A stretch of DNA of 64,000 nucleotides from a virus (IMGVR_UViG_2713897221_000004:1-64000), one strand, 5' to 3'. Shown: positions 38,039-47,002, numbered from the stretch's first letter. Made by a program: numbers and translations. Notes: generated by a model not told the origin, from the letters alone.

Positions 38039-38817
38039 TGCGCCGCCCTCCCCGCTTCCAATTCCTGGGCCTGCTGAACCAGCATCGCCCGGCGATCCGC
38101 CAACTCGTTGGCTGCTTCAATCCGCATTTCGTCCTTCCTTTTGGCTGATGCCGCTCGCATTTCCAGCATCGAGTTCCTCACGGCCTCGAGCTTTGCCCGC
38201 AGCTTTGGCGATGGCCTGGCCACCTCACCGGTGAGCAGTGCTACGACGGCCCGGCCGTCCTCGGTAACTGGCATGACGCTCAGATCGGCCAGGTACAACC
38301 GTCCGCGCTCCTGCGGGATACGCTGCATCTCCACGGCCTTGGTGACCGCCTGGATGCGGCGATTGGCGTCGAAGCCCACCGAGACGTGCCAGTTGACCGG
38401 CTTGGCGTCTTCCCGGGCCTGGCCGACGAACCGCTCGTAGGCGCTGATGAACGCCATGCGCGCCCCCACCTTGTCGCCGGCGTCGAGAACAGGCTTTGCA
38501 GCGGCCAGGGCCAGCTGAATCTCGTCGGTCAGCACCACGGTTTCGAACTCGTCACTGGTGGTCATGGCGATGGCCCAGGCCTCATCCTTGCCAGGGCGCC
38601 CATCAGCCGATTGGGCTTGCTTCAGGATCGATGCAACTGTGAGTCGACCACCTTCGATCCGGCAGCTACGAAGTGCCGCGGTAAGCACCGGCTCGGCGTA
38701 TTCGCGCAGGTCCTCGACCATCAGTAGTGCCGCAGCCTGGGTGAGCTGCTGCCCCATCACCTCGGCAGTGGCAAAAAGGGACAGGAGCAATTGGTCTTGC
38801 TGCGCGTCATTCAGCAT
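38035..38817 (-). CDS. Replication protein (helicase loader-like, gpP position)
   Basis: GRPGKDEAWA motif; follows the initiator gene. Confidence 0.65.
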   Translation of the reverse strand: MLNDAQQDQLLLSLFATAEVMGQQLTQAAALLMVEDLREYAEPVLTAALRSCRIEGGRLTVASILKQAQSADGRPGKDEAWAIAMTTSDEFETVVLTDEIQLALAAAKPVLDAGDKVGARMAFISAYERFVGQAREDAKPVNWHVSVGFDANRRIQAVTKAVEMQRIPQERGRLYLADLSVMPVTEDGRAVVALLTGEVARPSPKLRAKLEAVRNSMLEMRAASAKRKDEMRIEAANELADRRAMLVQQAQELEAGRAAQ

Positions 38818-39772
38818 GGGTTGCGACCCTCTTGGCTCGAAGCGCTTCAAGGGCCTGCTCGGCAGCGCTGAAGTTGGTTTGGGTGTGCTCGATCTGTCGA
38901 GCCGTGGTCCCGTTCATCTGGCGATTGGTGACCCACTGGGTGTGGTAGCTCTCGGCGTTGACCAGCAGCTCGTTGAGGCTGTGGCACTTGCGCACGACAC
39001 CGGCATCACTGTTCTTCAGGAAGTGAGCGGCTACGTGGTGGGCGACATCAGCCCCGAGGCGGTCGACAAGTTGGCCAAGCTGGCCACCGACCTTTGCGTT
39101 CCATACCGGCCAAGCGCTGTAGCGCTTGCGGTAGGCCATGGCGTAGTTCGCCCAGACCTTGAAGGTTTTGCAGGACTGATCTTTCGGCCCTGGCATGTCG
39201 GCCGGGATTTCAACCCGCGGCGCTTCGAGTCGATCCAGAGCCACCAAGCCACCGGACGGCGCCGGCTTGTCCGGGCCGCTCTGAAAATCCTGACTGGTAC
39301 CCTGATTGGTATCCTGATGATTGGTATCCTGATTTGTCGGATTTTTTTCCGACCCTTGCTCGGATTTTCTTCCGACCTTGCTCGGAGATTTTTCCGAGGT
39401 AGATCGGATTTTTTTCCGACCTTTGTTTTCTGGTGGGGTCGGATATTTTTCCGACCCGTCGAGCTTCTGATTCCACTCGATCGCCTTCTCGGTGAGCCGG
39501 AAAAGCGTGATGTTGGAAGTGCTGGAAAGCTCGATTAAACCGGCCTCATCCAGGGCTTTCAGCATGCGATAGGCAGTGTCTGGCTTGTCGGTTAGAAGCG
39601 GCAGCTCCTCGACGATCTTGGCCTTGCTCAGCGTGAAGAAGATCCCGTCGTCGGTCTTTACCGGCTTGGTCCAGCTCGGGCAGCCGTAGATGAAGGCGAA
39701 CAGCAGGGCCTGTTGAGAGTTCAGCCCCCACTCGAGCGCCTTCACCTGGTTGATCGTGATGGTGAATTGCAT
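38807..39772 (-). CDS. Replication initiator (gpO-like)
   Basis: N-terminal winged-helix-like region and an internal iteron array. Confidence 0.85.
   Translation of the reverse strand: MQFTITINQVKALEWGLNSQQALLFAFIYGCPSWTKPVKTDDGIFFTLSKAKIVEELPLLTDKPDTAYRMLKALDEAGLIELSSTSNITLFRLTEKAIEWNQKLDGSEKYPTPPENKGRKKIRSTSEKSPSKVGRKSEQGSEKNPTNQDTNHQDTNQGTSQDFQSGPDKPAPSGGLVALDRLEAPRVEIPADMPGPKDQSCKTFKVWANYAMAYRKRYSAWPVWNAKVGGQLGQLVDRLGADVAHHVAAHFLKNSDAGVVRKCHSLNELLVNAESYHTQWVTNRQMNGTTARQIEHTQTNFSAAEQALEALRAKRVATHAE
39289..39455. repeat. Replication origin iterons
   Basis: Five TCGGA-N6-TCCGA palindromes at 39337, 39360, 39382, 39404 and 39439, preceded by CCTGA(T/C)TGGTA repeats. Confidence 0.85.
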
Positions 39773-39773
39773 T

Positions 39774-40580
39774 TCAGGCCTTCCCGACCAGTGCGGCCAG
39801 CTCGAGGAAACGGTCCACGTACCAGTGAGGCTGGGTTTCGCGTGGGGATTGCGGGCTGGTGAGGTTCTTGCCGTAGGCCATGCCCTTTTCAGTCACTGAC
39901 CAGAAGTCGACCATCACGCCTTTAGAGTTGCGGCGCTGGAGCTGCTTGAGGAGGCCGCGGGCCTGCAGTGCACGGTTGAACGCAGCCGGCGCGTAGCGGA
40001 TGCCGTGATCTTTCAGGAGAGCTGTTGCCGACTTGGTAGGCATCGATGAGCCACCTGTCGCGTCCGGCGCTGCATCGACGGCGTAACTTGGCAGAAACTT
40101 CGGGTCGAGCCCGTTGTTCTCGGCGATTTTGGTGAGCATCGCCATCTGGCAAGACGCGGCCGGCTTCAGCAGGCGCGTGAAGCACTCCATGATCGCAATC
40201 TCACCGACGACCTTGGTGCCATTGAGAAGGACCTGCTCCCGTGCGCCCTGCTGCTGTTCCAGCTCCCGCCACCGGCGGATCACCTTCATGCGCATCGGCG
40301 CGCTGTAACCAGTAAGCAGGCAATCGGTGTGTTCGCGATCGAGCTGGTACTGCACCTGCTCGCGATTGCGACCATCCAGGTAAATGTCCTCAAAGTTGAG
40401 GGCATCAGCCTTCAGTTCTTTCAGCATCGCCAGAATGTCGCGCTTCACGTTGTCGTGACGCTTGCCGGTGATGTTCGCGATCTCGCGGGAAGACATGGTG
40501 GTACGCGACACGTTTTCAGAACTGCAAAAACGTGTCGCGACATTTGTCTGGGTGTTGATTGAATCGGTGTGGGTATGCAT
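39774..40580 (-). CDS. Rha-family regulatory protein
   Basis: MSSREIA...KRHDNVKRDI and LLTGYS...R.KVIRRW motifs. Confidence 0.88.
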   Translation of the reverse strand: MHTHTDSINTQTNVATRFCSSENVSRTTMSSREIANITGKRHDNVKRDILAMLKELKADALNFEDIYLDGRNREQVQYQLDREHTDCLLTGYSAPMRMKVIRRWRELEQQQGAREQVLLNGTKVVGEIAIMECFTRLLKPAASCQMAMLTKIAENNGLDPKFLPSYAVDAAPDATGGSSMPTKSATALLKDHGIRYAPAAFNRALQARGLLKQLQRRNSKGVMVDFWSVTEKGMAYGKNLTSPQSPRETQPHWYVDRFLELAALVGKA

Positions 40581-40671
40581 AATCGGCCCCAATCAGGTGG
40601 TATCGAATCAGCCGGGGCGCAATCCCGGCTTTTTTGTGTCCGGAATTCGGCAGAGGCCCTCTGGATTACCC

Positions 40672-40890
40672 TTAAGAGTCCCTGCCAGAGGCCCTCATTG
40701 GGGTCACCAGTTGAAGGACCTTGGCCTTCTTCCTTCCAACTTCGGAAAGCGCGCCACAGGCAATGGCGTTTTCCATCACTTCGTTGATGGCGCGACTGAA
40801 GTTCCAGCCGTTGGTGCACATCAGTTCCTCTACCCGCTGCCGCGTCTTTGGCGGCAGCCTTTCGAGCTCTACGGTCATTCGGCCCTCCAA
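40672..40890 (-). CDS. Hypothetical protein
   Basis: Small ORF in the early operon downstream of cro. Confidence 0.55.
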   Translation of the reverse strand: MEGRMTVELERLPPKTRQRVEELMCTNGWNFSRAINEVMENAIACGALSEVGRKKAKVLQLVTPMRASGRDS

Positions 40891-40897
40891 AGGGGCT

Positions 40898-41098
40898 TTA
40901 GCCCGCGATATCTTCTTGTTTGTCCTGCATCAGCTCCTCGATCACTCCGTTGGCCACTGCCCACTCGATGATTTCGTACAGGTAGGTCGCATGCTGCATG
41001 CGGGTCTTCGTTGCAGCCCTGCGCAGAATCCGATCAAGAACTGGCTCGAAACGAACCTTCACCGGAATGGCGCGCTTTTGATTGGGGTCCATGTACAT
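40898..41098 (-). CDS. Small regulator in the cII position
   Basis: 66 aa with an RHH-like pattern (PVKVRF...). Confidence 0.6.
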   Translation of the reverse strand: MYMDPNQKRAIPVKVRFEPVLDRILRRAATKTRMQHATYLYEIIEWAVANGVIEELMQDKQEDIAG

Positions 41099-41152
41099 GC
41101 TTCGTGCTCCTGGCTTCAGAAATGGAAAACTTGGATCAAGTGGGCGGTATGA

Positions 41153-41329
41153 CTACGCAGCAGCGTCTTGCTGGCTGGCTTTCAAGGCGCCCTTGGTGAT
41201 TCGCTCGATCTGGTACTGGCGCAACTCGGGCACCACCTCCCACTGACGGACAGCCTCGTAGGTGACGCTGAGGGCCTTGGCCAGCGCGGAGATAGAGCCG
41301 AAATGCTTGATTGCTTGCGACTTGGTCAT
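41153..41329 (-). CDS. cro: Cro-like repressor (58 aa)
   Basis: Hand-translated MTKSQAIKHFGSISALAKALSVTYEAVRQW...; AGGAGG RBS; divergent from cI. Confidence 0.9.
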   Translation of the reverse strand: MTKSQAIKHFGSISALAKALSVTYEAVRQWEVVPELRQYQIERITKGALKASQQDAAA

Positions 41330-41357
41330 ACCGACCTCCTTTGCTCTTACTCATATT

Positions 41358-41405
41358 CAAGCATGCTTGTGTTTGCAAAACAAGCATGCTTGACAAGCAC
41401 TCTTG
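41358..41405. promoter_or_regulatory. OR operators (3 sites)
   Basis: CAAGCATGCTTG at 41358 and 41381; CAAGCACTCTTG at 41394. Confidence 0.8.
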
Positions 41406-41417
41406 TAGATTGCAGCC

Positions 41418-42275
41418 ATGAAAACCACTGAACGAATCACCAAGCTGGTAATGGCCCGAAAGCCAGCCATTGGCGTGCGCAACGTTAAGCGCGATATCGC
41501 AACCACGTGCGGCATCAGCTATGAGGCTGTGCGCCAGTGGTTTGCCGGCGATACCGAGAACATTAAGAACGAGAACCTGGTGGCGATCTCTGAGGGCTAC
41601 GACACTACTGTCGATTGGCTGCTATCAGGCAAAGGTGAGCCACCAAGAAGAAAAGAATCGGCGACAGCAACTGGCGATTCGGCAGGCAACTCCAGCGCAG
41701 CTGACCTGGTCCAGAAGATGCTGGAAAAACACGGAAAAGGCTTGCCTGAAGAAGCTCGCCAGAAGATCGTTGACGCTGTCGCAGATGGGGCAGCAAATGG
41801 CCAAGCTGGAAACGTAATCTCTGCCGACTTTTCCGGGCGCCGCCTGCAACCTGGTGATATTTCTATCCCGCAATACGACATCCGCGGCGCCATGGGCCAT
41901 GGCCAGGTACCGGCTGAATACTCCGAAGCAATCAGGAACGTTGTTATCAGCGAGGATGTGCTGCGCGATAAAGGTATCCAGTACTCGACCGCGGCCAGTC
42001 TCGCGATGATTACCGGCTGGGGCCAGAGCATGGAGGGCACGATCAACGACAAGGACCCTGTCATCGTCGATCGAGGCATCAGTGAATTTGCAGGTGACGG
42101 CGTGTACGTCATCACCTGGCATGACCTGCTCTACATCAAGCGGCTCCAGGTGCATGACGCCGATCATTTCGAAATGATCTCGGACAACCCGAAGCACAAG
42201 GACCGAGTCGTCCCGATTGGCGATGTGATCATCCACGCCAAGGTGCTGCTGGTCTGGAATGCTCGGAAGCTTTGA
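41418..42275 (+). CDS. cI: CI-like repressor (HTH + S24 peptidase)
   Basis: SYEAVRQW HTH; GQSMEG and IKRL catalytic Ser/Lys motifs. Confidence 0.93.
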   Translation: MKTTERITKLVMARKPAIGVRNVKRDIATTCGISYEAVRQWFAGDTENIKNENLVAISEGYDTTVDWLLSGKGEPPRRKESATATGDSAGNSSAADLVQKMLEKHGKGLPEEARQKIVDAVADGAANGQAGNVISADFSGRRLQPGDISIPQYDIRGAMGHGQVPAEYSEAIRNVVISEDVLRDKGIQYSTAASLAMITGWGQSMEGTINDKDPVIVDRGISEFAGDGVYVITWHDLLYIKRLQVHDADHFEMISDNPKHKDRVVPIGDVIIHAKVLLVWNARKL

Positions 42276-42281
42276 CTCTGA

Positions 42282-42485
42282 ATGACAAAGAAACAACCGG
42301 CGGATGCCAAGGCAGCAACTGCTGCTGATATCGAGCGATCCATCCAGGCCCTCAACAAAATGGCTGAGAGGCTTTGGGGTGATGGGAGAGAGACCGAGGC
42401 GAAAGCCCTCCTCGATGCCCTGGACGCGCTGAATCGGGCGCTCGACCGGATCAGGATTGGAGAGAGCCGCAGGGTTCTTCATTGA
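42282..42485 (+). CDS. Hypothetical protein
   Basis: 67-aa helical ORF directly after cI. Confidence 0.65.
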   Translation: MTKKQPADAKAATAADIERSIQALNKMAERLWGDGRETEAKALLDALDALNRALDRIRIGESRRVLH

Positions 42486-42539
42486 AACGTACACGCCCTA
42501 GCTGAAGGCTGGGCGTATTAACAGCGAGGCAGATGGCTG

Positions 42540-42704
42540 ATGGGGCTGCTCGATTTTTTATCCGACCTTCTCGGCGGTCTCGCTAATCTCCAGCCTTACG
42601 AAAAGCCTCGCAGGGTCTTCACGCGAGGCTTTGTTGTATTCTGCGTGATGGTGGCTGTTATTGAGCTGATAGCGCTGAACCAGTTCTATGCATCGCGGGC
42701 ATGA
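42540..42704 (+). CDS. Possible small membrane protein (54 aa)
   Basis: Hand-translated MGLLDFLSDLLGG...GFVVFCVMVAVIELIAL... Confidence 0.4.
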   Translation: MGLLDFLSDLLGGLANLQPYEKPRRVFTRGFVVFCVMVAVIELIALNQFYASRA

Positions 42705-42797
42705 GATGAAGTCGGTAAGTGTGGGGCGGGGTGCCGGCTTGCCGGTTAGCGGCGAAAACCGGCAAGCGACTTGTTGAATTATATCTAGGAAGATATA

Positions 42798-43220
42798 GTG
42801 TACGAACTGATCGTGAGCGACGATGCTACTGCCGATCTGGAAAGGTTACTGCAAGAGAATCGCGTGGTTGCCTTGAGGGTCATCGCCCTCCTGGAACAGC
42901 TTTCTTGCGACCAAGACCTTCTCGACAGGCTTACACAAGACGGGTATGGGGGCTCCCCCAAGCATCCGATCAGGGGCGCCGTAATCAATATCGGCAAATG
43001 GATTAGCGCTCAGAGAAAAGGACTGAACCTTTGGCGGATGCGAGATTTCGAGCTATCCAGAAAAGGGTACGAGTACCGAATTATCTATGCATTCAACCCC
43101 TCTAAGGATCAGTACCTCGTCCTTGCGGTCGTTGAGAGAGAATTTGATTATGACGAAAGCCATCCTATTACGCAGCGCATCTATGCAGCCTATAACGAGC
43201 TTGATGACGACCAGTGGTGA
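42798..43220 (+). CDS. RelE/ParE/HigB-like toxin
   Basis: A..DLE.L start, LWRMR...YRIIY...VLAV pattern. Confidence 0.7.
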   Translation: MYELIVSDDATADLERLLQENRVVALRVIALLEQLSCDQDLLDRLTQDGYGGSPKHPIRGAVINIGKWISAQRKGLNLWRMRDFELSRKGYEYRIIYAFNPSKDQYLVLAVVEREFDYDESHPITQRIYAAYNELDDDQW

Positions 43221-43635
43221 GGCTCTGACTAGTGTGCCTCTCACGGGCGTTGTCGTTCAGTTCTCTGCCTCCTTTCCGCCTGCCCCGCTTGCAAAAAAGA
43301 ACTCGGCTTTTGCCGGGCTTTTAGGGCGCATTGAGACTGATAGTTCTCTGAATGAGGAGCTGAGGAGGGCCAGAGCCTCGGTTGCTGACGAGTTTTACGA
43401 CGAAGAGGGAGAGACTATAAAAAGCCTCCGCCTCAAGAATGGATGGAGTCAGCAGAAGTTTTCCGAGCTGTTGGGAACGACGCAGGCTCAGGTTGCACGC
43501 CTCGAAAAGGGCAATATAGACCCGCATCGGTCCACCTGTAAGCGACTTCGCCAGGTTCTTAACATCTCGGCAGAGAAGCTAGAAGAGATAATGGACAGAC
43601 AAGAACGGCTATTTGAATCTCGGACGACCAAATGA
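43204..43635 (+). CDS. HigA-like XRE HTH antitoxin
   Basis: LRLKNGWSQQKFSELLGTTQAQVARLEKG. Confidence 0.8.
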   Translation: MTTSGEALTSVPLTGVVVQFSASFPPAPLAKKNSAFAGLLGRIETDSSLNEELRRARASVADEFYDEEGETIKSLRLKNGWSQQKFSELLGTTQAQVARLEKGNIDPHRSTCKRLRQVLNISAEKLEEIMDRQERLFESRTTK

Positions 43636-44066
43636 ACCGCTACACATACTCCATTTTTTGTGACGATATCCGCAATGAAGTGAATGGTAAGACCTCCCTG
43701 ATCGGCGTTGTCGGAGGCCTGTTGTACGTAAACACTTTTCCTTGTGTTATTCCAAAACTTTGCGTCCTCATCACTGCAGTGACGGATCACGATAATCCTT
43801 TCAAGAGTCTCACTTTCAAGGTTCTGGTCGGCGAAGACCCAGCATTTGACGTAACCCTGGGAGAAGATGAAATTCAGAAAATCTCGCAGGGACAAGAGCT
43901 CATTGAGGATCCAAAGGGGTTTGCAGCACAGGCAGTAGTTGTCATGTCCCCGCTCAGCCTTCAAGGTCCAAGTACAATCAAAGTTTTTGTCGTGGCTGAT
44001 GGGGAAAAGCTTGACTGTGCCTCTCTTCAGATTTCCTTGGCCCCAGAAGGCGCCATTCTTGGATAA
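43632..44066 (+). CDS. DUF6941-like beta-rich protein
   Basis: IFCDDIRNEVNGKTSLIGV; ATGA-coupled to the antitoxin. Confidence 0.65.
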   Translation: MNRYTYSIFCDDIRNEVNGKTSLIGVVGGLLYVNTFPCVIPKLCVLITAVTDHDNPFKSLTFKVLVGEDPAFDVTLGEDEIQKISQGQELIEDPKGFAAQAVVVMSPLSLQGPSTIKVFVVADGEKLDCASLQISLAPEGAILG

Positions 44067-44084
44067 GAAATTTACCTAACATAT

Positions 44085-44112
44085 GCCCGGCCCAGCGCCG
44101 GGCTTTTTGTTT
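44085..44112 (+). terminator. Rho-independent terminator
   Basis: GCCCGGC-CCAGC-GCCGGGC followed by TTTTTGTTT. Confidence 0.75.
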
Positions 44113-44137
44113 CCGCCCATTACTGCTGGATCAGCGA

Positions 44138-44965
44138 CTATGCCTTACCGCCGTATCGCTGCCAGGCAAGCACAATTTCCTTCATCGCGTTTTTCTGCGA
44201 TTCCGGCAGAACGAAGTCATGGTAATACTGACGACCGTCGTAGCGAATTACGACTTTCTTGGCTGCAATGATCTTGTTCAGCATGGCCATGTCCTTGACT
44301 CTTGAATCTGACCATTCCCAAATGCTTCCCGCTCCATTGTCACGCTCAAAATCCATATTTCCCAGGTTGAAGACTTGATCATCTGCCTTGATGGTCACGC
44401 TTTTGACGAAGAGCCAGCTGTCTGCGTAATAGTTGAATTTCATCCGCAGCGGATATTGAGATGCTGATCCATCCTTTGTTCCGAAATACAGCGACATGTA
44501 GTTGTCCAGCACCGGTTCTGACTTGTGGGAAATCCATGTCACCCCTTCTATTTCGTCCGTATTCTTCCGCAGATTCGCATCAAGACGGGTGATAACCTGC
44601 TTCTGCTCTTCCGCCGCCCTAGCTGCTTCTAGCTGTTTTGCTTTTTCGGCAGCTTTAATCTTGGTGTTTACGTCGCTTAGCACAGATTTTGCACTCAGAG
44701 CCTGCTGGGACTCTGGGTAACGAGCAATCAAATCAGTAAGCGTCTGCTTTGCTGAGTCCAGAGCCGGCTGAGAAACTTCGTTCTTCGCCCTAGCCAACAA
44801 CCGATCCGGACCATTTCGCTCAGCCTCCAACTCTGCACGAAGGGTACTGATCTCCCCCTGGAGCTTGCTCACTTCTTGCTGAAGCCTTGCGGCGTTCTCT
44901 TTATCGGCCTGACCGCAAGCCGTAAGTGACACTGCAAACCCTAGCGCTACAAAAAATTTATTCAT
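44138..44965 (-). CDS. Lipoprotein with coiled coil
   Basis: Lipobox LTAC; 275 aa. Confidence 0.8.
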   Translation of the reverse strand: MNKFFVALGFAVSLTACGQADKENAARLQQEVSKLQGEISTLRAELEAERNGPDRLLARAKNEVSQPALDSAKQTLTDLIARYPESQQALSAKSVLSDVNTKIKAAEKAKQLEAARAAEEQKQVITRLDANLRKNTDEIEGVTWISHKSEPVLDNYMSLYFGTKDGSASQYPLRMKFNYYADSWLFVKSVTIKADDQVFNLGNMDFERDNGAGSIWEWSDSRVKDMAMLNKIIAAKKVVIRYDGRQYYHDFVLPESQKNAMKEIVLAWQRYGGKA

Positions 44966-45048
44966 GAGTTCCTTCTCCGTGTAAGTCACCATATCCTACC
45001 AAAGTGCCACTACGTCGCCCGCTACTGAGCGGGCTTTTTGTGACCAGG

Positions 45049-45366
45049 TTAAAAAGGTGGTGGCTCATCCACCTCCTCCAGCTCCCCTCCTTCGATCACC
45101 CGATCCTCATCGCTCGGCCTGTCCCACTTCAAGGTGACCGTGCCGTCATCGTTGAAGGTCATGTCGATACCGTCGGTTTCATCGAGCAACTCGAGAACCG
45201 CCTCCCATTCCTGGTCTCCGTCCGTATCAAGACGGTGGATCGTCACCCAGCGCTGAATCTGCGCCACTGGCGAACCAATCATTGCTGAAACCCTGAGCCC
45301 CAACCGCTCCAGGCCAGTTAGCTCTGGCCGCTCCTGCAGCCCCTGGCTCTTCTTCTGCTTACTCAT
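45049..45366 (-). CDS. DUF1654-like protein
   Basis: ERLGLRVSAMI.SP.AQ..RWV motif; SOS box upstream. Confidence 0.75.
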   Translation of the reverse strand: MSKQKKSQGLQERPELTGLERLGLRVSAMIGSPVAQIQRWVTIHRLDTDGDQEWEAVLELLDETDGIDMTFNDDGTVTLKWDRPSDEDRVIEGGELEEVDEPPPF

Positions 45367-45384
45367 ACTGCACCTCATGAATAG

Positions 45385-45400
45385 CTGTACATGCATACAG
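45385..45400. promoter_or_regulatory. LexA (SOS) box
   Basis: CTGTACATGCATACAG. Confidence 0.8.
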
Positions 45401-45415
45401 TATTAAAAATAAGCA

Positions 45416-45470
45416 CAAGTTTGCTTGCATTAAAAACACAAGCATGCTTTTATAAATGCAAGTCCACTTG
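45416..45470. promoter_or_regulatory. OL operators / PL region
   Basis: CAAGTTTGCTTG at 45416, CAAGCATGCTTT at 45439 and CAAGTCCACTTG at 45459. The first two are 23 bp apart, as in OR. Confidence 0.75.
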
Positions 45471-45481
45471 TACTTGGACAG

Positions 45482-45509
45482 GGCCTCGAAAGGGCCTGAC
45501 CGCTCTTTA
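45482..45509 (+). promoter_or_regulatory. nut-like site: hairpin plus consensus boxA
   Basis: GGCCTCGAAAGGGCC hairpin then CGCTCTTTA at 45501-45509. Confidence 0.6.
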
Positions 45510-45826
45510 GCTCCACCCCTTGCCGGATCGACACCGGCGGCAACAGAAAGGTTTAGCGAGGTCGAGCCTCAATTCGACCCACGGGTAAAAGCGATCAGTG
45601 ATCGTGCCTCGACCCGGCCGGAGCAGCCTAGATCCGTGCAGAAACAAGAGTGCAGTCGGGAAGAACCGCGGACTGCTGAACAACTTGAAGGGCCTGTACC
45701 GCGCCAGTAGCGCCGAAGGGCAAGGATGGCGCCCTGCCTGATTCAGGGCGCCCTCTGGTTTCACAAATGCCTCTCCTACCCCGGGAGGCATTCGGAAGCC
45801 AAACAACCGCCCTGGAGGGCAACACG

Positions 45827-46045
45827 ATGTTCAACATGGCAACCATGGCGGCTGAAGAATGCCGCGAAGACAAAGCAGATCGCGCCTATTACAGCTGGCT
45901 TTCCAAGGTGGAAAAGCTCATCGGCCATTTCATCGAGCTTGGATCGCAGGAAGAGAGCGACTTTGGCGACTTTCACCGCGAGGGTCTAACCCCGGCTGAA
46001 GCTGTAACGGAGATGAAGGCCCAGCTGGCACAGATCACGGCATGA
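45827..46045 (+). CDS. Hypothetical early protein
   Basis: GGAGG RBS then MFNMATMAAEEC. Confidence 0.7.
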   Translation: MFNMATMAAEECREDKADRAYYSWLSKVEKLIGHFIELGSQEESDFGDFHREGLTPAEAVTEMKAQLAQITA

Positions 46046-46107
46046 CGGTCTTTTCACTGATGCACCTGGTGACGGGTGCATTGGGAAAACAACCGGAGCA
46101 AGACGTT

Positions 46108-46293
46108 ATGAGCCTGAAAGACCAGGGCTTCGCCTTCTGCATAAGCCCCGACAAGCAGCAATGGCGCTGGATACACCCCGCCGAACGCCAGCGCTTCTAC
46201 GGCGACTGGACCGACGTTACGGAATGGCCGGACGACAAGCTTGTGGCGTTCCTAACGCCGACACCGGAACAGCAAGACCTGTTCGCCGCATGA
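46108..46293 (+). CDS. Hypothetical early protein
   Basis: GGAG RBS then MSLKDQGFAF. Confidence 0.65.
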   Translation: MSLKDQGFAFCISPDKQQWRWIHPAERQRFYGDWTDVTEWPDDKLVAFLTPTPEQQDLFAA

Positions 46294-46359
46294 CGATTTC
46301 ACTCGCAGCCATTCCCACGAGTGGCTGCTGGGAAACAAACCGCCCTGGAGGGCAACGCC

Positions 46360-46494
46360 ATGTTCTCTCTCTTCATCTTCTTCCGCTTCATGCTTCGAGA
46401 CAGCAAGCCAGCCGCTTTCAAGCCGATGTACGTGCAGACCTGGCCTGATGAAGTGCCGGGCTACCCAGCGTCTGATTTTGTTAAGAACCTGTAA
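46360..46494 (+). CDS. Hypothetical 44-aa protein
   Basis: Same RBS leader as the 45827 gene; MFSLFIFFRFMLRDSK... Confidence 0.5.
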   Translation: MFSLFIFFRFMLRDSKPAAFKPMYVQTWPDEVPGYPASDFVKNL

Positions 46495-46522
46495 TCCGAT
46501 CCTCATTCAATAGGACTTCCCG

Positions 46523-47002
46523 ATGAACGCACAACAGCAACTCACCCCGCCGGCCATCGGCGAAGTTTGGCCAGGCCAAGGCGGTATCTATGGCGGCCTT
46601 CGCCAGTATCCCGAAGGTATGTGTCATGTGATCTTCGCCACTGAAGACGTTGGTCGCCACGCTTACGGCGATTACGGCATATCGACTGAAGCCACCAGCC
46701 GCACCGACGGCCGCGCCAACACGGCAATCCTGATCGCTCGCACTGGCAAGCACCCTGCGGCCATCGCTGCAGCTGCTTACACAGCCGATGGTCACGCCGA
46801 CTTCTACCTGCCGGCGATTGGCGAGCTGCACCACGGCTGGCAGTACGCTCCTGAGTCGTTCAGTGAAGAGTGGTACTACCTGTCGAGTTCGCAGTACTCA
46901 GCCTACGGCGCCTACCTCATGGGCTTCGAAGATGGCTGGCTCCACGGCGACGACAAGACCAACGAGCGCGTGGTGCGCCCTGTCCGCAGATTCCTTCAGT
47001 AA
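46523..47002 (+). CDS. DGR target protein 1 (remote; DUF1566/CLec-like)
   Basis: C-terminal VR; PAIGEVWPGQGG, GHADFYLP, YLSSSQ and VRPVRR motifs. Confidence 0.92.
   Translation: MNAQQQLTPPAIGEVWPGQGGIYGGLRQYPEGMCHVIFATEDVGRHAYGDYGISTEATSRTDGRANTAILIARTGKHPAAIAAAAYTADGHADFYLPAIGELHHGWQYAPESFSEEWYYLSSSQYSAYGAYLMGFEDGWLHGDDKTNERVVRPVRRFLQ
46890..46990 (+). repeat. DGR variable repeat VR1
   Basis: 101-nt ungapped match to the TR with 11 mismatches, all at TR adenines. Confidence 0.97.
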
